From an uncultured virus (IMG/VR IMGVR_UViG_3300040807_003058) (Duplodnaviria; Heunggongvirae; Uroviricota; Caudoviricetes), in IMG/VR virus record IMGVR_UViG_3300040807_003058: a DNA stretch of 20,000 nt; one strand, written 5' to 3'. How positions within the stretch are numbered: position 1 is the stretch's first letter; each line of letters opens with the position of its first letter. Shown piece after piece: positions 7,498-16,127 of this stretch. Under the pieces are notes generated by a model. The model saw only the letters and a program-made list of their open reading frames with translations, was not told the DNA's origin and did not search any database. The translations under genes were made by a program, and so were the position numbers.

Positions 7498-10400
7498 ATG
7501 CTGAAGACGTCGGACATCCCCAGCACGGAACAGGACACCAAGCTCTATGACTCTCTGCGGGCGGCAGAGGTACAGGAGCTGGCGATGATTCAGGCGGAGT
7601 CCTGGCAGGTGGAGGACGGCACACCGACGGGTATGTCGGAGCAGCAGACGCTATCGCAGTTCGTTCCCTACCGGTTCCGGTTCGACCAGGGGCGCGACAA
7701 CGTCATCACGTTCAAGACCCGGCCGTGGTTGCCAGCCATCTACGACAGCGAGTACACGCTGCACCGACAGGAAGACGGAGGAAACCGGGGATACCGCCGG
7801 CGTACGCTGCTCATGGCGTCGCGACAGGTGGAGAAGACCATCCACGAAGATACTCTGGTGCTTCTCGAGAGTGGGGACGCTGTCCGCATCTCCGAGGTGC
7901 ATGTGGGGCAACGTGTCGTGGGGTTGGTGGAGGCGGGGGACTCTGAGCTTCGGCCAGGGGAGATCTCGTGGAAGTCAAAGAGATATGTAAAGCCCTGCGT
8001 CCGCATTCGCACCCGACAGGGGCACGAGGTTGTGGCCGGTCTTGAGCACCCGTTCCGTAGGTACGGGGAGTGGGTACACGCCGAGCGTATTTCGGTAGGG
8101 GACAGGGTTGCGGTGGTCCGTAGGGCCGGCGACTTCGGGACCCTTCCTGTTCCTCTCGAGCGGGTATCGTTCGCAGCGTACATGTTGGGGGACGGGTACT
8201 GCAGCGAGCAGCACGGAATTTCGTTCACCCAGGCGGAGGGTCAGGCGCTAGATGAGTTCAAGAGCATCGCCGCCCGCCGTGGGTGGAGGTATCGGGACGA
8301 GCTGCGAGGCAACGGCACCCACGCCGTACGGCTGAGCCTTGCCGTAGACTCCGAGCCTCTCGGGTGGCTCAGGGAGGATGGCATCCTGAACCAAACGTCC
8401 TTCACCAAGGACGTACCATCATGGGTGTGGGGCCTACCGAAGCAAGGGGCAGCCCTATTCCTAAACCGGCTGTGGGCTACCGACGGCCACGTCTCTCTCC
8501 GGGGGAGCCGCTACAGCATCGAATACTGCTCCGTGTCCGAGAGCCTCATCCGCAGTGTGCAGAGGTTGCTGTGGAAGTTCGGGGTACCCTCACGCATCCG
8601 GGAGAACACCCCGACCCTGTACAAGGGGACGGACAAGGTTGCGTACATCCTACGTGTAGAGACTTCGGATGGGGCGCGCAGGTTCCTGGAAGACATCGGC
8701 GCTCTCGGCAAGTCTGAGGGTATTCCTGTGCCGGAGGGGGGCAGGAGGTCGAACCGTGACGTAACTCCGGAGGGGCTCCGTAACGACGTCGAGGCTCTGT
8801 GCAAAACGGCTTCCTTCCAAGGCGGGAACAAGGCCACCGCTGAATTCTACTCCCCCTACGAGGTCGGGCTCGCACGGACCCCTGCGTACAGGCTGACTTG
8901 GGAGAAGTACGGCAGGTACGTCGACTACTTCAAAGACAATGAGGGGCTGTACGACCCGGCTCAGGTAGAGAAGCTCAGCGCCCACATAAACTCGGACGTC
9001 TTCTGGGACGAGGTGGTGGAGGTGACACCAGTTGGTGACCATCCCTGTTACGACATCACCGTGGAGGACGTGCACTCCTTCGTGGGTAACGGGTTCGTGA
9101 CACACAACTCTACCTCCCTCGGCAACAAGATCATCGGGTACGCCTCGCTGATCCCCAACATGACCTGCCTGTACGTCACCTCGGCCGACCTGAACCTGGC
9201 GGAGTTCTCTGACGAGCGTATCGACAACGTCATCCGCCTCAGCCCTTACCTGAAGCCGTACATCGGTAATTTGAAGGCGTTCAACACCTACCTGAAGCGC
9301 TTCGGCAAGAACAACAGCAAGGTCGTCCTACGGTCTGCCAACCTCACGGCCGATCGTAGCCGTGGTATCGCTGCGGACCTAGTCAGCTTCGACGAGATTC
9401 AGGACCTCGCGATGGGTAACATCGACGTCATTCGTGCTACGACCAACAACTCCCCGCTGGAGTACGGTCCGATGACGCTGATGTCCGGAACGCCGAAGAC
9501 GTTCGACAACCCCATCGAGCGCATCTGGTCGAAGAACTCCACGCAGAACAAATGGTTGATGCGGTGCGGCCACTGCCGCCACGAGAACCCCCCTCACCCA
9601 GAGCAGATCGGGCCTCGAGGGCTCATCTGCGCGAAGTGCGGGTACCCGCTGAACCCGTTCGAGGGCCGCTGGGTACGGCATGGCTCGGCCGACGCGGCCT
9701 ATGAAGGGTATCACCTGTCCCGTGCGCTGATGGCGTACACGTGGATCGGCAACCCCGACATGTTCACCACGAAGTGGAACGACCTCCTGCGGGACATCAA
9801 CGACCCCAACTCCACGGAGGGGTCGGTCAAGAACGAGATCTTCGGCCTGTCGCACGACGACGGAGCCAAGCCCATCACAGAACGGCAGGTGCGCGCGCTC
9901 AGTCACGACGGACTGACGATGTCCAGGATCATGCCGGATACCGTCAGGAACGACCCACACTACCCGAAGTTCATGGGCATCGACTGGGCGGAAGGTAACA
10001 GCGGCGCGTACACCGTGGTGACGCTGGGGTTCATGAACGACGACAAGTTCCAGGTGACCTACATGCACCGGTACATGGGTCGTGAGGCAGCGTCGGACTA
10101 CGTCAAGCGAGACCTACTGGAGCTGTTCCACGACAACAACATCCACGTCGCCTTCTGCGATGCCGGCGGCGCCTGGGGCATGATCGACTACCTGTGGGAC
10201 AACATCGACGACGGCCGAAAGAGGGTGCTACCGGTGCAGTACGCCCCGAGTCAGTCGATGCCGATTGCGTTCGACACGAAGTCCATGAAGATCACGATCC
10301 ACCGTACTCGGTGGATGGCGAAGCTGTTCAACCTGATGAAGCGCAGGAAGTTCATCTTCCCCAGATGGGAGGAGTTCGGGGGAACCCCCTCGCCCAACGG

Positions 10401-10566
10401 TGGGTTCTCGCAGGACATTCTGACGATCTTCTCGGAGTTCACGCCCCGAACGGGTAAGAAAACGTACAACCACACCGAGGCGGATGACGCTTTCCACTCC
10501 CTACTCTACGCGAACCTCGCGAAGATGTGGGTGTACGAGGAGCTGCACGAGATGTCCCACACCTAG
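7498..10566 (+). CDS. terL: terminase large subunit (lambda GpA-like) containing an intein
   Basis: After intein removal: Walker A SRQVEK|ST, Walker B DLVSFDEIQD, coupling motif MSGTPKT, Zn ribbon CGHC..CAKC, and RNase H-like nuclease motifs FMGIDWAEG, FCDAG, DDAFHSLLY. An alternative start exists at ATG 7585 with an AGGAG RBS. Confidence 0.92.
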   Translation: MLKTSDIPSTEQDTKLYDSLRAAEVQELAMIQAESWQVEDGTPTGMSEQQTLSQFVPYRFRFDQGRDNVITFKTRPWLPAIYDSEYTLHRQEDGGNRGYRRRTLLMASRQVEKTIHEDTLVLLESGDAVRISEVHVGQRVVGLVEAGDSELRPGEISWKSKRYVKPCVRIRTRQGHEVVAGLEHPFRRYGEWVHAERISVGDRVAVVRRAGDFGTLPVPLERVSFAAYMLGDGYCSEQHGISFTQAEGQALDEFKSIAARRGWRYRDELRGNGTHAVRLSLAVDSEPLGWLREDGILNQTSFTKDVPSWVWGLPKQGAALFLNRLWATDGHVSLRGSRYSIEYCSVSESLIRSVQRLLWKFGVPSRIRENTPTLYKGTDKVAYILRVETSDGARRFLEDIGALGKSEGIPVPEGGRRSNRDVTPEGLRNDVEALCKTASFQGGNKATAEFYSPYEVGLARTPAYRLTWEKYGRYVDYFKDNEGLYDPAQVEKLSAHINSDVFWDEVVEVTPVGDHPCYDITVEDVHSFVGNGFVTHNSTSLGNKIIGYASLIPNMTCLYVTSADLNLAEFSDERIDNVIRLSPYLKPYIGNLKAFNTYLKRFGKNNSKVVLRSANLTADRSRGIAADLVSFDEIQDLAMGNIDVIRATTNNSPLEYGPMTLMSGTPKTFDNPIERIWSKNSTQNKWLMRCGHCRHENPPHPEQIGPRGLICAKCGYPLNPFEGRWVRHGSADAAYEGYHLSRALMAYTWIGNPDMFTTKWNDLLRDINDPNSTEGSVKNEIFGLSHDDGAKPITERQVRALSHDGLTMSRIMPDTVRNDPHYPKFMGIDWAEGNSGAYTVVTLGFMNDDKFQVTYMHRYMGREAASDYVKRDLLELFHDNNIHVAFCDAGGAWGMIDYLWDNIDDGRKRVLPVQYAPSQSMPIAFDTKSMKITIHRTRWMAKLFNLMKRRKFIFPRWEEFGGTPSPNGGFSQDILTIFSEFTPRTGKKTYNHTEADDAFHSLLYANLAKMWVYEELHEMSHT
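7837..9108 (+). mobile_element. 424-aa intein with LAGLIDADG homing endonuclease, inserted in terminase Walker A
   Basis: Block A TIHEDTLVLLESG; block B VVAGLEHPF; LAGLIDADG blocks YMLGDGY and FLNRLWATDGHV; block H SLIRSVQRLLWKFGV; block F CYDITVEDVHSF; block G NGFVTHN/S. Codon usage is visibly less GC3-biased than the exteins. Confidence 0.93.
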
Positions 10567-11108
10567 TGGACGTGGTGCTCGGCCGGCTCGGCATCCTCGT
10601 CGGCGATTCCCGCGAGGATCTTGTGCACGTTGGACGTCATCTCCATGGAGTGCGTCGCGGCCTTCACCACCTTGTTCAGTGCGAAAGAGTTCCGCAGTCC
10701 GATTGCGGACCCGATGACGCCGAAGGCCAGGCCGACTGCGGCCAGGACCTTCGTCTGCGCCAGCTGCCCTGCGGTCTGTGCGTGGGTGACTTTCGTCGTG
10801 TCGAGTACCATCTGGACTCCTTCGGTCAGCGCATCGTCCATACTCATGCCCAGCTCGAGCAGGGCCTGCGTGTTTTCGACGAGGGTGTCGGTGTTGATGC
10901 CGGCGGACTTCATCTGTGCGATGAGCTCCGCCCGCTGGTTGGTGGAGGAATTGTGGCAGGTGTTGATGTACCTCCACAAATACTTTCCGTCCTCCGACAG
11001 CCCCTCCGGCGGAGCCGCCATCTGCTGGGCCTGGCCTTCCGAAGTGTCGGTCGCCTGCCGGAGCTTCGCCGTGAGTAGGTCTGCCAGGGGGCTCTTGGAT
11101 TCTTTCAT
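10563..11108 (-). CDS. 181-aa hypothetical membrane-anchored protein
   Basis: GGAGGA RBS. One hydrophobic helix (VLAAVGLAFGVIGSAIGL). Its stop shares CTAG (10563-10566) with the terL stop. Confidence 0.75.
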   Translation of the reverse strand: MKESKSPLADLLTAKLRQATDTSEGQAQQMAAPPEGLSEDGKYLWRYINTCHNSSTNQRAELIAQMKSAGINTDTLVENTQALLELGMSMDDALTEGVQMVLDTTKVTHAQTAGQLAQTKVLAAVGLAFGVIGSAIGLRNSFALNKVVKAATHSMEMTSNVHKILAGIADEDAEPAEHHVH

Positions 11109-11142
11109 GTCATCCTCCAGGGGGGTTCTTGGCGCGCTACGT

Positions 11143-11164
11143 GTGCGCCATAGACTTATGCCCC
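11143..11164 (-). promoter_or_regulatory. 22-bp motif copy 2 (minus strand GGGGCATAAGTCTATGGCGCAC), putative phage promoter/operator
   Basis: 17/22 identical to 7462-7483, with the same 34-nt distance to the downstream ATG (11108). Confidence 0.6.
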
Positions 11165-11165
11165 T

Positions 11166-12062
11166 CTACTTCCGTTTTTTCGCGGAAAGGATTCGACGGA
11201 CTCGTCTGTCGGTGTCGGTGTATCCGACGGGCAGGTAGTTCACGGTGCGTGGCCGGCTCTTATCCATGGAGGCGCAGACGAATGCGATTGAATCCAGACT
11301 GCGGCTGGCGTTTCTGGCAGCCCGTAGCCGCTTGTTGGCTGATGTGCCGTTGGTGTAGGCGCCAGGCACGTCGGCGGATGTGGCCTCTGCGGCCCGTGCA
11401 GCCAACGCCAGGAACACGTACGTCGGTACGTCCCGCTTCCAGCCGAAGGGTTTGACGTCGAGGTCCATGCACGACCTCATCGTCTCCGCATCTACCGACG
11501 GAGCTACCCGCAGAAAGGCGTCAGCAGCCTCGAGGTCCCCCGGACGGTCGACTACGTCCTCCGCCAACTTCATCAACGACCGTGCTTCGGAGTTGCTGAG
11601 CCGCCCGATTCGACGACGAAGGCTGAGATTCTCCGCCAGGAACGCCACCTGCTGCTCGAGGTCCGCCAGCCGTGCAGCAGAGTCTAGCGCGAAGTCGGTA
11701 GGGGCAGCGGCTTCCGGTTCCGAGAGCTCCTGGTACTCCGGAGGGGCCATGTCGAACATGTCTCCCGCCTTGTGCAGCGCCTCGGTGATGGCAAATCCGT
11801 CGGAGTCGGTACCTTCCAGGTACGGCAAGCGTGGGGGAGGATTGCCATGCCGGCCGTACTCTACAGCTCGTTCCACATCCCCCCGGAAAACCATGATGCG
11901 GTTCCCGTTCTTCTTAGCCCGCACCCGAGCCTTGGTCACCCACAGCCTGATGGTCTCTCGGTTCTTGCCGATGAGATAGGCCGCTTCCTTCAGCGAGACC
12001 CACGCAGGGAATCCTCTGATTTCCTCGATGCTCTTGCTTTGCATATCACCCTGTCGTCTCAT
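11166..12062 (-). CDS. DNA-binding protein with N-terminal excisionase/MerR-like (HTH_17-type) winged helix-turn-helix
   Basis: WVSLKEAAYLIGKNRETIRLWVTKARVRAKKNGNRIMVFRGDVE, followed by a short coiled coil (RLADLEQQVAFL) and a helical domain. Alternative start at 12044. Confidence 0.8.
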   Translation of the reverse strand: MRRQGDMQSKSIEEIRGFPAWVSLKEAAYLIGKNRETIRLWVTKARVRAKKNGNRIMVFRGDVERAVEYGRHGNPPPRLPYLEGTDSDGFAITEALHKAGDMFDMAPPEYQELSEPEAAAPTDFALDSAARLADLEQQVAFLAENLSLRRRIGRLSNSEARSLMKLAEDVVDRPGDLEAADAFLRVAPSVDAETMRSCMDLDVKPFGWKRDVPTYVFLALAARAAEATSADVPGAYTNGTSANKRLRAARNASRSLDSIAFVCASMDKSRPRTVNYLPVGYTDTDRRVRRILSAKKRK

Positions 12063-12103
12063 ACAGTGTCGTGTAGTCGTCTGGGGTTACCACAGGAGCC
12101 CTC

Positions 12104-12994
12104 ATGCAGGAGATCGCAGAGCTGGCCTCCAAGGCCGTGGAGAAGGTGTCTTCCGGAGAGTTCTCCGGTATCTCTGACGCCGTGGCGGACATGGCCTCCT
12201 CGCAGGCGTGGCCCTTCGAGAAGGTAGCCCGTGTGTGCCAGGCTGCCAACAACGCTCTTCTGCGAGAGAAGAAGTCGGGGTCCCAGCCGTTCTGGTCGAT
12301 CCGGTTCGAGACTGCAAAGCCCGGTAGCCTAGCGGAAACCGCGCGTAGTACTGTAATGAAGAAGGTGTCTACCGCTGCCTTCTCCAAGGTGTCCTCCGCG
12401 AGCGAAGGAAGGAACATGACGTTGTCGCTATCCACGCCACCGAAGTACGAGTCCGAGCCTGAAGGGCATGGGATCGAATTCTACTTCCCCCAGCCGGCGG
12501 CGGAGAAGACCTCGTCCTCCGCGGAAGAAGCCTCGGCCGATCTACGGGACGCGGTGGCGGACGCGCAGGATCTACTGCGTCATGCGCAGTCGGAGCTACC
12601 GGCAGCGGAGTTCATGCGCGAGCAGAGCGCCGCCACACTGCAGATCCACCTACAGCGGGTGGGCGAGAAAACCTCGTCCTACGTAGCGCTGTCTGCGCTG
12701 GTACAGGCCGCGGATGAGTTCTCCGGTAAGTGGCCGGATGCGCGGTCGTACGCCGAGGCAGCAGTTGCGCAGTACGTCGAGGCCAACGACATCCAGCCCG
12801 ACGCGGTGTTGTTGGGGGCCGAGAAGATCTCGGCAGCTGGGGGTACCCGGTCGGTGTTGGACATGCAGAGCCCGATGGTTCGCGCCAGCCTGACGTACTT
12901 CAAGTCCTGCGACCGGCATGACTCGCTGAACACGCTATGCGCCGACCTGCGTGCCCAGATCGGGAGTGCTCAGGCCGAGTCGATGGAGGGGTGA
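12104..12994 (+). CDS. 296-aa hypothetical head-morphogenesis protein rich in K-x-S/A motifs
   Basis: AGGAG RBS; first gene of the head operon. Contains EKVSS, EKVAR, KKVST, SKVSS, EKTSS (twice) and EKISA. Confidence 0.75.
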   Translation: MQEIAELASKAVEKVSSGEFSGISDAVADMASSQAWPFEKVARVCQAANNALLREKKSGSQPFWSIRFETAKPGSLAETARSTVMKKVSTAAFSKVSSASEGRNMTLSLSTPPKYESEPEGHGIEFYFPQPAAEKTSSSAEEASADLRDAVADAQDLLRHAQSELPAAEFMREQSAATLQIHLQRVGEKTSSYVALSALVQAADEFSGKWPDARSYAEAAVAQYVEANDIQPDAVLLGAEKISAAGGTRSVLDMQSPMVRASLTYFKSCDRHDSLNTLCADLRAQIGSAQAESMEG

Positions 12995-14094
12995 TGGACC
13001 CCACGAAGCGAGAGAAGTACGTCCCGGAGGACGTCACCACGTCGATGAACGTCGGCCTCGCTGGGCAGGGTCTGCTCGCAGCCGGCCTGTTCGCCCGAGG
13101 TCTACCGTGGCTCGTGCCTTCGGCAGCTGCGCCGATCATGGCAGACAAGCTCAACCCCAAGTCCATCAAGCAGCAGGCGAAGATGGACTCGAACTACCTA
13201 CGATACTCCCGAGCGAGGGATTCCATGGAACGGCCGTACTCCTTCAAGCAGTCGGACACCCGGAACGCGGAGGAGACCGTACGTGTACTCCAGAAGCTGA
13301 CGGAGCTGATGAACAGCAACTACGTCGCTTCCGTACCTGGCGGGGAGAAGACCTCGTCCGGCGTGCAGAAGATCTCCTCTCCGCTGGAGAAGGCGAGCGT
13401 GCGGCTCAACCCCGCGCAGATTCAGCAGGCCCTGGCGATCGAGGAGGCGAACAAGGCCCTCCGCTCCCAGAAGGGTGGAGGTGCCGTGGCCGATGCGCTG
13501 AAGTACAGGCCGCAGTGGCTTGGCGGCCCGTCGACCACCGAACGCACGATGATGCGTGCCGGGGACTTCCTGAAGGGCCTCCTTGGCCGCGAGGAGATCG
13601 TGACCAACCAGTTCGGCAACGTCATCGGCTCTAACCGCCGGTTCCTTGGCGGGCCGCTGGGCATGGCGGTGAAGCTGCCGGCGGCGCTGCTCGCGCTTCA
13701 CGGACTGAACAAGGCGTTCGTCGCTCGAGAGAAGTCGAAGCAGCAGGGCCGTGAGGGCAAGAACTTCAAGGCGGCCTTCGGCGTCGTGACCAACAACGAC
13801 ATGTTCCTCAACTCCGATGCGGGCCGGGCCTACCAGGACTACCCCGAGGAGTTTACCCGGGCTGCGCAGGAAGGGTTCCACATCCTCAACAAGTACGCCC
13901 CGAGTGTGGCCGCCGATCCGAAGCTGGCTGCGGAGTACCTCAGCCGTCTCGCGCGAGACGTGCACATGGAAGCCACCGGCGAGGAGTACCTCAATACCGT
14001 CCAGGATGCCCTCAAGCTCGAGGAGCAGATGCAGCGGGTTGAACCAGACCTCATCCGCAGCGCAGGCACCCTGGCCGGCCGAGTCATCGACTAA
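12994..14094 (+). CDS. 366-aa hypothetical virion/head protein with two hydrophobic segments
   Basis: The ATG overlaps the upstream TGA, with GGAGG RBS (the track's 12937 start is overextended). Contains a cluster EKTSS/QKISS/EKASV and a C-terminal NKYAPSVAADPKLAAEYL. Confidence 0.75.
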   Translation: MDPTKREKYVPEDVTTSMNVGLAGQGLLAAGLFARGLPWLVPSAAAPIMADKLNPKSIKQQAKMDSNYLRYSRARDSMERPYSFKQSDTRNAEETVRVLQKLTELMNSNYVASVPGGEKTSSGVQKISSPLEKASVRLNPAQIQQALAIEEANKALRSQKGGGAVADALKYRPQWLGGPSTTERTMMRAGDFLKGLLGREEIVTNQFGNVIGSNRRFLGGPLGMAVKLPAALLALHGLNKAFVAREKSKQQGREGKNFKAAFGVVTNNDMFLNSDAGRAYQDYPEEFTRAAQEGFHILNKYAPSVAADPKLAAEYLSRLARDVHMEATGEEYLNTVQDALKLEEQMQRVEPDLIRSAGTLAGRVID

Positions 14095-14096
14095 CC

Positions 14097-15776
14097 ATGT
14101 ACAAGTACATCAAGACATCACACTCCACCGCACACGGTGTACGTACTCCAGAGACCGACGGGGCAACCGTCGGTCTGGAGAAGATGTCTGCCGACCGAGA
14201 GTCCCAGCTTCAGCAGCTGCTGGAGCAGGGCGGGGTCGACCCACGGATTATCGAGCACATCCGCGAGGCCGACCTGGACATGGACAAGAACACCTACGTG
14301 CTGGTGGTGCCTCTGGGTGCCTCTGAGTCGTGGGGACCGACGGTCAACGGTGACTCTTTCGAGCGGCGGTACCTCAAGCCCAGCAGGGACGACTGGGGCC
14401 ACAAGACGTTCGAGCTGTTCTCCCGCGCATACACCCACCACGCGAATAAGGACCGCGACAAGGGCTTCGGGTGCATCCCGAAGGCCGTCTACAACGACGG
14501 CATGGACAGGGTAGAAGCTCTGTGGGAGCTGTGGGACGACAAGGCCCGTGAAGTAGGAGCAGGGTTCGTCATCGACAAGCTGAAGGACGGCAAGAACGTC
14601 GATATCAGCATGGGCGCCCGAGTTCCGTTCGATGTGTGTAGCATCTGCCATAACAAGGCGAAGTCCCCCGCAGAGTACTGCGAGCACGTACGTACTCCCG
14701 GGTTCGGGTTCATCTACCCCGACACGTACAAGCAGGTGATGGTCCACAACCCGGACCCCCTGTTCCACGACCTCTCGGCTGTAATCATCCCCGCTGCGCC
14801 CGAGGCGTTGGTGGGCGGCAGGGTAGACCCGGTGCTGTTGGCTCTGATGCGTATGGTCAAGTCCGCCGGAGAAGCCAACGCCAAGTTGGTGATGTCCGCC
14901 GCTGCGATGGGCGAGGCGATGTACGGCTCCGACGAGGGGGGAGTGTTCAAGGCCGCCTCCGTCGGTAAGTCAGCGGCTGTGCTGAAGCTCAGCGACATCA
15001 TCAAGCACGCCCCGGTGCTGAGCTCTACGGTCATTGAGCCGACGCAGCGTACGGAGAAGGTCTTCTCTCCCGATGATCTGAGGAAGATGGGCAGCGGGTA
15101 CGGGCAACTCCCTGGATTCCTGTCCACCCTCGGGGCGCTGGGCATCGTCCTACGTCCCCGTGAATTCTCGACGGCTGTCGGACATTCCGGGGGCTGTGAC
15201 TTCTCGTCTGTGCGGATGGACCCCCGTAAAGTCAAGCAGGGCTTTGACTCCCCGGCAGAGGGGGACCTGGTACACCCCGGCGGGGTAGACCCGATGATCC
15301 TGGCTCTGGCCAAGAGCGGGCTGGGGGAACGGAGTGTGTTCCTGCCGCACCTGGCGAACCGGGTGAAGTCCACCGTCATCGACGGCAGCCGGGCTGAGGC
15401 GAAGGATCCGTACGGTCCCAGCTCGACGGGTGAGCTCACCGACAACATCTCCATGCTGTACGGCACATACATCCGGCAGCTGGCGACGAGGTTGTCCAGC
15501 ATCCTCGAGCATGTGTTCACCACATACCCGAACCTACAGCTCGAGTTGCTTGGGGATGCAGACCCCGCAGTACGGGCGCTAGTGGCCCTGGGAGGACCCG
15601 CCCCGTCGGAGACGGAGAAGGTGGCCAACCTCGCTGCGCAGGTGGTTCTACCCCCGGCTTACATCCTGTCAATGGCTGGACAAGCAGCCGACGAGCGTGC
15701 ATTGCTTGAGGCGACGAACTCCATGGGAGGATCGCCGAGCACGGCCTACTTCCTCGGCGGCACAACACGGAGCTGA
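14097..15776 (+). CDS. putative prohead (capsid maturation) serine protease with Cys/His metal-binding insert
   Basis: Motifs NGDSF, YTHHANKD (candidate catalytic His), DISMGARV (candidate catalytic Ser), CSIC..YCEH and FHDLSAVIIPA match the order expected for HK97/assemblin-fold prohead proteases. It lies upstream of scaffold-like and capsid genes. Confidence 0.72.
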   Translation: MYKYIKTSHSTAHGVRTPETDGATVGLEKMSADRESQLQQLLEQGGVDPRIIEHIREADLDMDKNTYVLVVPLGASESWGPTVNGDSFERRYLKPSRDDWGHKTFELFSRAYTHHANKDRDKGFGCIPKAVYNDGMDRVEALWELWDDKAREVGAGFVIDKLKDGKNVDISMGARVPFDVCSICHNKAKSPAEYCEHVRTPGFGFIYPDTYKQVMVHNPDPLFHDLSAVIIPAAPEALVGGRVDPVLLALMRMVKSAGEANAKLVMSAAAMGEAMYGSDEGGVFKAASVGKSAAVLKLSDIIKHAPVLSSTVIEPTQRTEKVFSPDDLRKMGSGYGQLPGFLSTLGALGIVLRPREFSTAVGHSGGCDFSSVRMDPRKVKQGFDSPAEGDLVHPGGVDPMILALAKSGLGERSVFLPHLANRVKSTVIDGSRAEAKDPYGPSSTGELTDNISMLYGTYIRQLATRLSSILEHVFTTYPNLQLELLGDADPAVRALVALGGPAPSETEKVANLAAQVVLPPAYILSMAGQAADERALLEATNSMGGSPSTAYFLGGTTRS

Positions 15777-15777
15777 G

Positions 15778-16116
15778 ATGCCGACACTTCAGGAAATCGT
15801 AAAGCGTTCCAAGAGCGCGGTATCCCCCGAGGGGATGGACAAGACCTCCGGGTCAGAACTCACTCGGGAGAAGGTCTCCGCCGCCATCGGAGAAGCCTAC
15901 GACCGTGGAGCCTCCGACGAGCGTGAGCGTGCGGATTCAACTCGAGCTCGTCTTGCCCACTTCGAGGGGCAGGTCATGGCTCATGCGCTGGCGGCGAAGC
16001 TGATGCATGCCAAGGTCAGCATGGCGAACAACAAGTGCTGGGACTGTGGGACACGTGCCTATGACCCAGAAGATTCTCATCGTCGGTGCGCTGTGTGCGC
16101 CGCCAACCACCAGTAA
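15778..16116 (+). CDS. 112-aa protein with C-terminal Zn ribbon (CWDC..CAVC)
   Basis: ATG 1 nt after the protease stop (the track's 15697 start is overextended). Contains DKTSG, EKVSA and AKVSM motifs. Confidence 0.7.
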   Translation: MPTLQEIVKRSKSAVSPEGMDKTSGSELTREKVSAAIGEAYDRGASDERERADSTRARLAHFEGQVMAHALAAKLMHAKVSMANNKCWDCGTRAYDPEDSHRRCAVCAANHQ

Positions 16117-16127
16117 CAGGTGACATC

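Noticed and set aside
7837..9108. Class 3 intein assignment
   Set aside because: It has Thr at G5, but block F position 4 is Asp (CYD), not the required Cys, so the WCT signature is incomplete.
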